64,000 nt of DNA from Octopus bimaculoides (lineage: Eukaryota). Below the pieces are notes generated by a model. That model worked only from the letters and a program-made list of their open reading frames with translations, had not been told where the DNA came from and made no database searches. Below, piece after piece: positions 38,867 to 51,816 of this stretch. The stretch lies in the NCBI RefSeq assembly GCF_001194135.2, contig NC_068985.1, forward strand, positions 17,061,003-17,125,002. Direction: 5' to 3'. Every line of letters starts with the position of its first letter. The first letter of the stretch is position 1. Position numbers and translations under genes: made by a program.

Positions 38867-39893
38867 ATGACAGACCTATCTGATTTTCAAAGAGGTCAAA
38901 TTGTTGGTGCTCATAGGGCAAGTGCTAGTGTAATGAAAACAGCTGAAATGTTTGGTGTATCAAGAAGTACTGTCTCGAAAGTAATGATAGCTTTTGAGAA
39001 AGAGGGAAAAACCTCCTCGTTGAAACAAAATTCCAGAATAAAACCAAAACTTTCAGATAGGGACTGTTGGACTCTTACGTGAATTGTTAGAAAGGATCAC
39101 AAAAGTACAGCTCCCAAAATTACTGCAGAGCTTAATGACCACCTCGAGAACCCAGTTTCCACAAAAACTGTTAGCCAGGAGCTGTACAAAGCCAGATTTC
39201 ACCGGAGGGCTGCAATCAGAAAACCACTATTTTCAAAAACAAATGTTACAAAGCATTTAGAGTTGAGTAAAAACCTACAGAATTGTTCCCTAGAGCAATG
39301 GAAGAATGTTTTCTTGGACGAGTCATCCTTTACCTTATTTCTGACCACCAGCCAAGTATACGTGTGGAGACAGCCAAAAGAAGCATTTGACCCAGACTGC
39401 CCTCTTCCAACTGTTAAACATGGAGGAGGATCTGTGATGATCTGGGGGCTATATCTTGGAAATCTGCCAGCCCAATGGTTTCCCTTCAAAGCAGAATTAA
39501 TAGTCAAGACTATTTAAGCATTTTATCTGATCAAATTCATCCTATGGTTGCTGAACTGTTTCCGGAGGGAAACGCAATCTTTCAGGATGATAATGCACCA
39601 ATTCAAACAGCTAAAGTTGTTACTGAATGGCATGAGGAACATTCTAGTGAAGTTGAACATCTTATCTGGCCACCACAGTCCCCAGATCTCAATATTATTG
39701 TACATTTATGGTGCATTTTAGAAAAACAAGTGAGGAGTCGATATGCTTCACCATCATCACTAAAGAATTGGAGACTGTTTTAGCTGAAGAATGGACAAAA
39801 ATTCCTTTGGAAACAAATCAAACTCTGTACGAGTCCATATCTCGTAGAATTCAAGCTGTAATTACTGCCAAAGGTGGTCCTACCCCATATTAA
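38867..39893 (+). pseudogene. Tc1-family transposase pseudogene, DD36E spacing
   Basis: N-terminal HTH region (MTDLSDFQRGQIVGA..GVSRSTVS), DES, VKHGGGSVMIWG, FQDDNAP, WPPQSPDLNII(V), AVITAKGGPTPY*. One in-frame TGA (39080), two frameshifts, and the catalytic E codon reads GTA. Confidence 0.95.
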
Positions 39894-39902
39894 AATAAAT
39901 TT

Positions 39903-40119
39903 ACATTATTTACATTTGACGGATATTTGTCCTCATCTTGTTTGTTGTTAACACAATGTTTCGGCTTATATATTCTCCAGCCTTCATCGGGTTTGAAATT
40001 TCCCCAAGATACCTGATGACGGCTGGAGGGTGTATCAACCAAACCATTGTGTTAACAACAAACAAAATGAGGACAAATATCCGTCAAATGTAAATAATGT
40101 ACATAATTCCTCAGAACTG
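39903..40119. mobile_element. 217-bp foldback insertion (Penelope-like, non-autonomous) with a 12-bp TSD
   Basis: TAAAATAAATTT at 39891-39902 and 40120-40131. Inverted arms 39903-39991 and 40012-40100 (89 bp each, 10 mismatches by manual alignment). Confidence 0.85.
40008..40053 (+). ncRNA. Degenerate minimal type I hammerhead ribozyme motif (second, inverted copy at 39950-39991 on -)
   Basis: + arm: GATAC-CTGATGA-cGGCTG..CAACC-aaac-catt-GTGTT. - arm: cCGATGA-aGGCT..AGCC-GAAAC-ATT-GTGTT. Each arm keeps the core half that the other has lost. Confidence 0.6.
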
Positions 40120-40387
40120 TAAAATAAATTTGTTTGAAATTTTAAGGTGTTTCCATTATTTTGTCCAACCTCTATATATATAAACACACACATACAAATT
40201 TATTCAAAGCTGAGTCTTGTCTTTGAATAAATGCTATTCCAATCTTATTAACAGTACTGAGTTCTTTTTCACATCATTGCAATTACACCAGTTATGAATC
40301 CATAACCTCTTTTTCTTTGTTTCTCTTCACTTATTTCAAGTTACCTTTTCAATGGCCCATATATTAACTATGTTAGCATAAACTTAC

Positions 40388-40482
40388 CTGTTGTTTTTCA
40401 TATGGATTTTGTCTCTGAAATACATTAAACCTGCCAAGCATCATTGAAACTGTCATAAGGTGAAGCTTGAGAGCTGGTGCTA
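40388..40482 (-). CDS. Candidate internal exon (APALKLHLMTVSMMLGRFNVFQRQNPYEKQQ)
   Basis: Strongest splice signals I found in the window: TTCTTTTTCTGTTTTTTTTTTCAG acceptor and CAG|GTAAGT donor. One fully open frame, phase 1 to 0. Confidence 0.5.
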
Positions 40483-41043
40483 CTGAAAAAAAAAACAGAA
40501 AAAGAATTCTACTTAATATTTCTGATTGAACAGAATATTAACTTTGTTAGTTTATATTCAATGGTTTAAAGAAACAAAAGGTGTGACTAAAACTTTGGAT
40601 ATCTGTGCATTGATTTTCAGTACATTTATTTCAAATATTTGAATAAAATTTTTGGTGAGTAGAGATTAATATTAAGTTTTTGTATATTTTATCTTTTCCT
40701 TGTTTCCATCATTGAACTGTAATGCTAACCACAACATCCACTTCACCTCATTGTGGCTGCCCTTAACACTTCTCCAGATCCACATTAAGAAACTTCATTA
40801 GGCCACATTCACCATACTATCCAATGCACTCTGCCTTTGCCCTGCTCTATTACCAGCCTGCACTCTCACTCTTCTGGGCCACTTCTACTGCCACCTAACA
40901 CCTACTTAGGCCTTTATTTCACAACCTACCCTTACCTCTGTTCAACTTGGCTATTGACTATTGCTCCTCTACCGATTACACCCCCAAATATTCTTTGTCA
41001 TACTCTACCCCAATTCCACTCTTACACATTCTGGTCCTTCTAA

Positions 41044-41086
<43 letters not shown>

Positions 41087-41272
41087 TTCTTTCTCTCTTA
41101 TCCCTTCCTAAGTCATCTGAGCAAATGTACACATCTAAGATTATTGTGTACACTCCTATCCAACCCCTTTCAACTGCCCATTTCTACCTTTCCTGCTGTC
41201 ATTGCTCTATCTCCTATCCCCCCCCCCACACACACACACACTTCCTCCATTGACACATTTTAGCTTACTGAG

Positions 41273-41566
41273 CTGGGTTGTGGAGTTGAAACAAAAAAAC
41301 TCTGACTCCTGTACTATTGGCACCTCTGACTCCGATTCCGACTCCTCTTTGTGTAATTAAGTGATTGTGGTCTACATATCTCATAAAGCATATGGATATG
41401 CTTGTACTTTGAGTAGGCCTATATGTTAGAACTGGTTTATATTAAAGAATAAAAACATTGTGAGTTGGAATTAGAGTCAGTATAGTTTTACAGACTCCGA
41501 CTCCTGCTACCCCTTAATTGTTTCTGACTTTAACTCCGACTCCATTACTCCAACTCCACAGCCCTG
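41273..41566. mobile_element. hAT MITE with (GACTCC)n subterminal repeats
   Basis: Perfect 8-bp TSD TTACTGAG (41265-41272, 41567-41574); TIRs CTGGGTTGTGGAGTTG and rc CAGGGCTGTGGAGTTG. Confidence 0.88.
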
Positions 41567-42449
41567 TTACTGAGTCCTTTAGCATTGGTGCCATGAGAAA
41601 ATGTACCCAGTATATTAAGTGATTGGCAACAGGAAGGGCAGTTGATCATAGAACCCAAATCATCTAACATGCATGAATCTCAGGCTTTAGGAGGAGTTGC
41701 TCCTAATAAGAAATGACTCAGGCTGAGACAACCTGTGTAACCCCTGCCAACTTGAAAATCAGGCATGGAATGATAATGGACAAATGAAAGTATGAATTAA
41801 TGAACGAACGAAATGTGGTGCAACAGATGTAGGAAATCTATGATGATGGGGTTATAAAGCCGCAGATCGAACCCATGATCAACAACATTTTAGCTATGAC
41901 CTTCCAATCACTTTCCAAATTTTCCAGTGTATCATTTCTAGGATGATAGTGTCATTGAAGGATATTTGGCTGCCATTTCTAGGAATGTAAACAACCATGT
42001 AGGGGCTCCCTCAATTGGTTTGAATGGATACTATGACCATACATCTGGTATAGAGATACGGTAATGAGGAATCAGTTGTATTATACTAATAGATGGAAGA
42101 ATCATTAATTCACTGGACAAATTCTTAGCAGCGTTTCTTCTAGCTTTATGTTCTGAGTTAAAATTCCACCAAGGTTGACTTTACTGGTATCAATGTAATC
42201 AACTAACCCCTATCCCTCCAAATTTGGGGCTTTGGGTCTATAGTAGAAAGAATTATTCAAACCTTGAAAGCTCTACGGCAGAATGATACAGATATGCAGT
42301 AGTACCTTAGCTTTCGAACACCTCTGATTATGAATAAATCGTGCTTTATCTCCCGTCTTTCTCATATTCATCTGATACAGTAGTATAAAGCATGATTTAT
42401 TTGTAATTAGAGGGGTTCGAAAACCAAGGTATACTGTAAAAAGAAAATA

Positions 42450-42693
42450 ATAAATGAGCCCTTTTAAAGCCAAGCCAGGCTCATGGGTCCGGTTTCAGTG
42501 GTGTGTGTGTTTCCCAGCTGGACGGGATACCAGTCCATCGCAGTGTTACTCATTTTTGCCAGCTGAGTGGACTGGAGCAACGTGAAACGAACTGTTTTGC
42601 TCAAGAACACAACGCGTCGCCCGGTCCAGGAATCGAAACCACAATCTTATGATCATGATGCTGACACCCTAACCACTAAGCCACGCGCCTCCA
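42450..42693 (-). mobile_element. tRNA-derived CORE-type SINE
   Basis: Minus strand: GGAGGCGCGTGGCTTAGTGG, GGTTTCGATTCC, GTTGTGTTCTTGAGCAAAAC..TTGCTCCAGTCCACTCAGCTG (CORE-like). The 3' tail is shared with the 11231 element. Confidence 0.87.
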
Positions 42694-44059
42694 CAAGGTA
42701 CTACTGTACTACAAAAGAAATAATAATAAAAACAATTATGGTAATTTTATTTATGAGTTATTACTCTAACATAATCTCAAATATTTATCTCCTTTTCTAT
42801 TTTGCCCCTTAACCTCCTCTTCATATGCTTCCCTCTTTTTTTTTTTTTAATATAATGTTCCAACAAATATGTGAAAATGTCATGTTTACCCTACCATAGT
42901 AATAAATCATGGATTTTTTTTTTCCACTTTTTCTTAGTATTTCAGTAGACATGAGATGTTACAGTGTACCATAGGTTAAAGAGACAAACATAACATTTTC
43001 CTGTTCCAGTTGTAAGACAAGAAAAGAAACTTTAGCAAAATGTGCAAAAGAATGTGTTTTTTATCTTACCAGACTTTATTATCACAACTGAAGAACTATA
43101 GTTTATATATATATAAACATCATCATCCTTGGTGTGTGTGTGTGAGAGGGGGGAAGATAGAGAATACCTGGAAATGTTTACAACAATTTGTACAAGAAAA
43201 TTGTCCAAGCAAAAGTTATATTTTTAGAGGTATTTTTAAAACCATATGCAAAATTAGCAGAGCATAAAAATGTTGTAAAATTGTGAACATGATTGTAAAA
43301 TTTGTGTAAAAATAAACTTCCTCTAAAGATATTTCAGATTATAACTAAAGCAAACATGTTTAAATATAAATTTGAAACAAAGAACTAAAATAGCAGAAGA
43401 GAATTCTCTCAAACCATATCATAATCACACTGGCTGTCAACCCATTGAAGGGAGAAGATTTCATATTTGATAAACAAATTAAACCACTCCAGAGAGCATT
43501 AGGAGAAAAAATACAGCTGTTACTTGAACATCTGTCATGATTTATTTAGGTGTTTCATTCAATAATTAACTTTGCATTAATTAATTCTTAGTGCACTACA
43601 AGTTTTATCTCTTGATACGCTAAAGAAACAGGACTGAAATGGCTAGTTTCTTACTGATTTTAGAGGTTCGTCAGTTAATGAATACTCACTTCTGGTGAGA
43701 TTACTAATTAATGATAATTTTTATGTAGGGGTTTCCTGAGATATAAAAATACATTTCAAGAGTTCCCAAAGAGTAAAACAGTTGGGAAACGTAAATACTA
43801 TAGATGATGGTTTTGTTAAGCCCCAGATCAGGTTGATTCCAGAAGACCTATGATCACAAGTTTTCCAGCCATGACCAAATCATCTATCTTTTAGGATAAC
43901 ATTATTAAATACATCCCTCTTTATTCAAGACAACAGGGTATTATCTGAGAGAAATTTGGCAGCAAAACGTATCCCTCTTAGTTTAAAACAACAGTGTGTA
44001 ATTTGAGAAATTTGGCAGTTATTTCTAGCTTGTCAAGCAACCATGAAGTAGCTTCATCA

Positions 44060-44470
44060 TCATCATCATCAACATCATTTAACGTCCGTTGTCCATGCTG
44101 GCATGGGTTGGACGGTTTCACGGGGATGGTATGCTGGAAGGCTGCACTAGATTCCAATATGATTTGGCATGGTTTTCTATGGCTGGATGCCCTTCCTAAT
44201 GCCAACCACTCTGATAGTGTAATGGGTACTATTATGTGCCACTAGCACGGGTGCCATTTGTTTGACACTGGGGTGTGTTTACATGCCACCTGCATGGGTG
44301 TCAATTTGCATAACACCGGTATCTGCCATAACTGCAATTTCGCTTGGCTTGATAGGTCTTCTTCTCAAACACAACATAATGCCAAAGGTCTTGGTCATTG
44401 CCTCTGTGAGAGGCCCAACACTCGAAAGGAACTCAGCCACTTTGCCTCCGTGAGGCCCATCCAAATGTTG
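44060..44470 (-). mobile_element. RTE LINE 3' end (ORF tail plus family C UTR)
   Basis: GGGCCTCACAGAGGCAATGACCAAGACCTTTGG is homologous to 28427-28470; family C UTR and tail follow. Other C copies at ~36250, 45520, 46840, 47760, 49825, 57130 and 59365. Confidence 0.82.
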
Positions 44471-47374
44471 AAGTAAAACACATTTACATCATTAAAAGCT
44501 TGCTTTGCTGGCTTCAAAATAATTAGATAATATGGCAGTGTTTAAAATAACACCAGATACTCAGTAATTTAAAGTATTTATTGCTAGCTTTTAAGAAAAT
44601 GTCTTTTTGTTTTCCATTAAGCAGATGGAGAGCTATCTAAATATATTTACATCCACAAAATATTCAGAACCTTGTCTTAAAATAGTAGCAGAGGTAGCAA
44701 ATATGTACAAAGTTTTGTTTATTTTTATTATGCATGATATGTTTGTAGTTTTAATAAACAGAGAGGAAGACAGAACCAGTGAAGAACGTTGAGCAAGAGC
44801 TGCCACCCAAAGTGCAAATAAATATGCATAGAATGGACTGAATGATGTATGAGAGGAAGAGGAGAGATGGGAGTGAGAAAGTAATACAAGGGACAGAGAA
44901 GAAGAGAGAGAGAGAGAGAGAGAAATAGAGTATGAGAAGATGGGATGAGTGAGGAGTGTGTGTAAGAGGGGAGGGAGAATGGCAAAAGTTAAAGAGAGAG
45001 AGAAAGAGAGAACATAAACTAAGAATGAGTGGCAAATAGAAATAATAGGAAGAGATGATTGAGAAAGATTGTGTGAGTATGTGTGTGTAAGAGAAACAGA
45101 GAGAGAGAGAGAAAGAGAAACAGAGACAGACAGAACAAAAAAAAAAGTGAAAGAGACAATGAATTGCAAACAGGAAGCTGGGAGAGACGTGTGTGAGTGA
45201 GAGAGAGAGAAATAGTCTGAAACAGAAAGGGGAAGTTGAAGCGAAAGAGAGAGAAAGATACTTTAATAGAGAATGAATTGTAACCAAGGGGGATGGGAAT
45301 GGATGAAATATAAGAATAAAAGGAAATTTGATAAAATATCATCAGTTTTCTGTTGGTATTTTCTAATGGCACAAATATATCAGAAAAGGTCTCAGAAAAG
45401 GTCTCAGAAAATAACAGAGCAACCATACTCTGTGATATGTCAACTACCACAGATTAAGAGATTAAGGCTAATAAGCCAGATATGATTGTTGAGGACCAGA
45501 AAGAATGAAAAACTCCTTATGTAAAATCACTTGTGCTGGTGCTATGCAAAATGTACCTAGTATGCTCTGTAAAGTGGTTGGTGTTAGAAAGAGCATCCAG
45601 CTGCAGAAATCATGCCAAAACAGACTGGAGCCTGGTGCAGCCTTCTGGTTTGCTGACTCCTGTTGAACTGTCCCACCCATACTAGCATGGAAAACAGACG
45701 TTAAATGATGAAGATGATGATGATGAATAGTAATAAAAATAACCACAAATGATTTCAAATTTTTGCAGCAGTTTTTGAGAGAAGTGGGGAAATTGATTTC
45801 ACTGACTCTGGTACTTGACTAGTACTTGTTTTATTGACCCCAAAAGGATGAAAGTCAATCTTGGTGGAATTTGAACTCAGAGCATGCTAACAGTTCTGCC
45901 AGCACATCACCTTCAGAAAATCACAGACAATACAAAGAGGTTTTTAACCCAATATTTTACACACTTATTATTTCTAATGTTATCCACTTTGAGTTCAACC
46001 ATTAAAAATAAATTATTTCACATTCTCTCAAAGTGTTTACATTTCTTATAATATAAACAACCTACAACTGTTACAGGTAAGAACAAAGTTTCTAAAATGG
46101 ATAGAGAAATTCAAAAGAATGCTTTAGTCCAATGGTGGAATCTGTCATATTTACTGAATGTGTGGGTTCGTAACTCACAGGCAGCCTTTGACTTTTTCTA
46201 TCCAAAGGGATTTTCAACCAAGTATTTATACATTATTATTTATAGTTTCATCTACTTTGAGTTCAACCATGAAAAAGAAATTATTTCATGCTCTCTCAAA
46301 GTTTCTAAATTCTTATGAAGCAAACAAAAAGATAATCTAGTGAGAAAAATTTAAGGTTAACTGAGCAGGAAGATAAATTTCAACCTCGAATTCACTGAAA
46401 CTAAATTGCCAACAATGAAATATCAAAGATAAAAAGGCAAAAAGTAAAAGCAAGTCTCTATCTGAAATCTCAGTGTCAACAGAACGAAAGGAAATCTGAT
46501 TATAAAATTAACAACAGAAAAGAGGTGGTGCAAGAAATATACACTAGAAAAGCTTTCAGAAAATGACAAATGACCTTACTTTGGGAAATACCAATTCACA
46601 CAACAAGGGAGATCAAGTTATTTTCCAATAAATGTGAGGTGAAAACAAAGGTTATGAAGTGTGCAATGAAATATTACTATCTAACAGTCAGTAGTCGCCT
46701 TGTTAAATTTGTAAATTAGAGGAAGCTTCTAAATGGTTGCTTGACTTGCTAGAAATAGCAACCATATCTTCTTCAAATTTACCCTTTCGTCTTGGAAAAG
46801 GAAGGATACACTGAATAAATATTGTTTTAGTTAACTCACCATCATCATCATCATTTAACATCTGTTTTCCATGCTGGTATGGGTTGGATGGTTTGACTTG
46901 AGCTGGTAAGCCAGAAGACTGCACCAGATTTCACTGTCTATCTTGGCATGGTTTTTACAGCTGGATACCCTTCCCAATAACAACCTTACCAAGTGGATTG
47001 AGTGTTTTTTTACATGGCACTAGCGTTGGCAAGATCTATTTTGGCATGGTTTATTAATGCTTGAAAACAAAGGATATGAAAGTCAAGGCTGGTACAGCTT
47101 TGAGCATAAGTCTCCTGGATCAGGGCTAAACTACAATAAAAATGAAACTATTATTATCTTATTTTACTACTGTGCCAGACAAAATGCTTAATGGCATTTC
47201 TTTCAGCTCTTTACATTCCAAGTTCAAATTCCACAGAAGTTGACTTTGCTTTTCATCCATTTGGAATTGATAGAATAAGTACACTGGGGTCGATGTAATA
47301 GATTTCACCCCTCTTGCCAAAACAGCTGGCCCAGTGCCAAAATTAGAAAGGCACCTAATCTGAATGTTAAAGGA

Positions 47375-47584
47375 TTTAACTGGCCAAACTTAGCCAGAAT
47401 ATTTTGGCTAAGAAACCAGATCAAACCAGTCAGATCTGGTTTCTCACACTTAAGCTAGAAGGTCATTCTAAAAATAAACAATCACATCATCAAAATCTCA
47501 AAACGAGATAATGTCTCATTAATTCAAAACAGTGTAAAAAAAAAAATTAAATTTGACAAAGTAATATGAATGCTAAGAGGTTAA
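47375..47584. mobile_element. piggyBac-like MITE, left end truncated
   Basis: Reverse-orientation homologue of 22602-22820, ending ATGCTAAGAGG-TTAA. Confidence 0.65.
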
Positions 47585-48061
47585 TCCTTTACAAATGGTG
47601 GTTTTATAAGTAGTATGTCTGAAGAGAGTTAAAGAAAGAAACACATTTCAAGGTTTCAAGGATTGAAACCAGTTTGGTTTGCTTTTCTGTCCATGTAAAT
47701 ATTGTATGCACAGTCATCTACATACGAAGTGCTGCCTACAAAACTATAGATCTATTTTCGCCTGACTGGGCTTCGTGCCGGTGGCACGTAAAAGCACCCG
47801 CTACACACTCGGAGTGGTTGGCGTTAGGAAGGGCATCCAGCAGTAGAAACTCTGCCAAATCAGATTGGAGCCTGGTGTAGCCATCTGGTTTCACCAGTCC
47901 TCAGTCAAATTGTCCAACCCATGCTAGCATGGAAAGCAGACATTAAACAACGATGATGATGATGATGATGATGAGTATAACAACAGAACTGCACCAGGTT
48001 CTAGTCACCTGTTTTGACATGGTTTCCGCAACTCTGTGTGTGTGTGTGTGTGTGTGTATAG

Positions 48062-48162
<101 letters not shown>

Positions 48163-51100
48163 AAGGGCTTCTTTCAGTTTCTGTTAACCAAATCCACTAA
48201 CAAGGCTTTGGTCAGCCTCATGCTATAATAAAAGGTGCTGTGAGACTGAACCCAATCCCACTTGGTTGGGAAGCAGGATTCTTAACCACACAGCCACAAA
48301 CATACATATAATAGTTTAAGGAGGAAAGGGAAATGCTTCTGATCTTTACAGGATCTCCAAAACTGGTGAAACTGATGTCCAGTTTGAACATCTACAGGTT
48401 GATGTCTGCAGCATGAATTAAACAAGGGATGGAATGTGAAAAGATTTATATTCTATGAGGGCAATATTGGGAAAAGTAATTAGCACAGCAACTGGGTTTA
48501 GGGGACATAGCATGGATGATGTGATGAAGAAAGATAAGTGTGGTGTAGACTGCATGTTAGTTGCCTAGTTCAGGGAAGCAGAGACTATTATAGTAGGCTC
48601 AGGTCTTGTCAACTCATGCCAGTATGGAACATGAATATTAAATGGTGACAATAATACACCCCTACACACACATATAATCAGTGTACCAAATTCCATTCTG
48701 AAGGTAACCTAGGCTGTCGTTGAAAACACTTGTCCAAGATGCCATGAAGTTGAATCGACCTCAGAACTATGTTGCTATGAAGCAAAGTACTTAACTATAC
48801 AACCCTACCTGCTGAGTCTATTCAATGTACAAGCTTGTTAACAAAAAAACTGTGATAAGTTCAAGGAGCCCACCAGATTTGCATTTTTCAGAGTCATAAC
48901 TGAGATGCTTTATCAGAAGAATAACATATGGCTAAAAGCGTTGAGAGAATTTTGTAACGCAGCAATTTGTGAAAAAAAAGTAACTAATCTGCATCAAGTT
49001 GAGAGTTCAAACCTATTTGATTCACTCACACACACACTTTATCTCCCTTTCCTTCTTTCTTTCTTTCTCTTGCCCTTTCACACACATATACTCTCTCTCT
49101 CTCTCACACATACACATATGTCTGATAAATATGTTTAAATGATGAAAACAGCTGCCTTTCAACTCAAATTATTCTTAAAGTAGGTCTGGAATATTTAACA
49201 TATAATAAAATTGACTCGCTAGTCTGTGTAATGCATTTACTTAAACGTACTGTATTAATTTATTTTAATTTTTCTTAATAGCAAAATGATCCAACTGAAA
49301 GCCAAGTTTCAGTTGCCAAAGAAGTTATACATTCCTTGCTGACAGAATTTTTGTTATAATCGAAGTTAACAAAAACACTGAGGAGAAAAACAAACTTAAT
49401 TTCAAAGCATAGGAATTAGTTCAGCTTGAAAATTTATATAATTTCAAGAAGGATCTGTCTAAGTGTATTACTTTTGGATTAAAATTATGAGGCATTTAAA
49501 TTACGATGACTACAAAAATTGCTGAATTTATTTTCTTTTGTCTGAGTGTTTCTTTATTTAGTTAGTTTGATTTATTCATGAGGGCCAGGAGGTTGCAGCT
49601 TACTGCTGTAAAAAACAAAATGTAAAACAAACAATGTGTAATGAGTTTAAATAAATCTTTCCATCAGGCCTACAATAGACTGGTATTTCTGCCCATGAAA
49701 AGAAATATCTTTCAACAGTCTCAATGCTGTGAAAGTTTGGCTTAAACTTCAGCCTAGTAGTTAGGGTGTTGCACTCATGCTCATAAGACCATGGTTTCAA
49801 TTCCCAGACCAGGCAGAACATTGTATTCATCATCATCATCATCGTCATTTAACGTCCGCTTTCCATGCTAGCATGGGTTGGACGATTTGACTGAGGACTG
49901 GTGAACCGGATGGCTGCACCAGGCTCCAATCTGATTTGGTAGAGTTTCTACAGCTGGATGCCCTTCCTAACATCAACCACTCCGAGAGTGTAGTGGGTGC
50001 TTTTACGAAAAATACTTCAGTTCACATGGTTCCAGTCCACTTGACTGTAAATGACTTCCAGCTGTATAATATAACTAAATGTGACAATAACAAGACTCAT
50101 ATTTATAAAGTGAACAGTAAGATTTGAGGAAACCAGTTTTGGTTTGCATCAGTAATTAGGAAGTATAAACAGTTTCAAAGTGGAAAGGTTCAGCCCGAGA
50201 CATTAGAAGTTTTCTTTTACTTCATCACAAACCAAGTTATTCAACTATCAATTCCTTATATCTTTTATCTTTTTGTTGTATCTTTTATTTGTTCCAATCA
50301 TTAGACTGTGGCCATGCTGGGGCACTGCCTTAAAGAATTTTTAGACAAATGAATGGACCCCAGTATTTATTCTATTGATCTATTTTGCTGAACTACCAAG
50401 TTACGGGGACATAAACACACTAACACCAGTTGTCACACTGATAGGAGACAAACACAGACACACACACACATATATATATGGGCTTCTTTCAGTTTCCATC
50501 TACCAAATCTATTCACAAGGCTTTGGTCAGCCCAAGACTATAGTAGAAGACACTTACCCAAGATGCCATGCAGTGGGATTGAATCCAGAACCACATAGTT
50601 GGGAAGCAAATTTCTTACCACACAAACTCAACAGCATCTTTTAATATTTGAAACACAAGTCTTTAAGTCTGTCCTTTTTCTTTACATTTTTTTTTTTTGG
50701 ATTGTTTAATAATTCTATATCATTTCTTTATTGCCCACAAGGGGCTAAACATAGAGGGGACAAACAAGGACAGACAAAGGGATTAAGTTGATTACATCAA
50801 CTCCAGTGCGTAACTGGTACTTAATTTATCGACCCTGAAAGGATGAAAGGCAAAGTCGACCTCGGTGGAATTTGAACTCAGAACGTAATGGCAGACGAAT
50901 TACCACTAAGCATTTCGCCCGACATGCTAACATTTCTGCCAGCTCACCCTCCAGCTTATCAGTTCTAATATCAAAACATCTAACCCATGCCAGCATGGAA
51001 AACAGATGCTAAATGATGATGATGGTATATATGACGGGCTTCTCTCAGATCCCATCTACCAAATCCACTCACAAAGCTTTAGTCGGCCCAAACTATAGTA

Positions 51101-51780
51101 GAAGACACTTGTCCAAGGTGTTGTGCAGTGGTACTGAACCCAGAACCACGTGGTTGGGAAGCAAGCTTCTTACCACACAGCCATGCCTGCCTATATCAAA
51201 TTGTTATAAAGATAATTTTTATATATCTTTTTAACAAGTATTATTTTTTAAATAAACGGACACTGGGGTATTTTTTGTAAAAAAAAAAAATCTCACCTTT
51301 TTCAAGGAAAAAAAATTAAGATAAGATAAACAATTCCCTAATCAAAAATAATAATAGAAGTATTAAGCATTTTATAGCTTTTAGTATGTTCATCGTTTTA
51401 CATGTATAGCAAGCATAATTATAGGTTATCTAATCTCACAACAGAGCTATTATTAAACAGAAATCTGAGATCTTCCAATATTCTAATTGTTTATATTTAC
51501 CACTATAAAGAAACATAAAAACCAAACAAGTAAGACATTAAAACTAAATGATACTCTCATTTAACACTAAACTTTACTTCTATAACTCTTGATGGTGAAT
51601 GCTAATAGTTAAAGACCAATCAGGAAAATAGACAATTCCTACAGCAAATACCTGTGTAAGGTTCTAAGTTTAACTTTGAATACAAATTAAGAAGTAAATT
51701 ACCTAATTATCTTTAGGACAGTTGGAAGAATGGAACACACAGCAAGGACATGTCTCATAAGTAAACTATGTAGCAATTTC

Positions 51781-51816
<36 letters not shown>

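Larger units (their letters stand above)
38732..40174 (+). mobile_element. Tc1/mariner transposon, near full length, decayed
   Basis: TIRs CAGGGGTTGGACAAAAAATAATG and rc TAGAGGTTGGACAAAATAATG, with TA dinucleotides on both sides (in TA runs) and a transposase inside. Confidence 0.95.

Noticed and set aside
43689-43734. Minus-strand segment with a strong acceptor and a GAA|GTGAGT donor
   Set aside because: Stops occur in all three frames, and it overlaps an hAT-like remnant.
48892-49359. + strand exon pair (VITEMLYQKNNIWLKALREFCNAAICEKK / QNDPTESQVSVAKEVIHSLLTEFLL*)
   Set aside because: It is phase-compatible and protein-like, but it overlaps a minus-strand candidate antisense and has no recognisable homology. 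Unresolved without RNA-seq, so not called.
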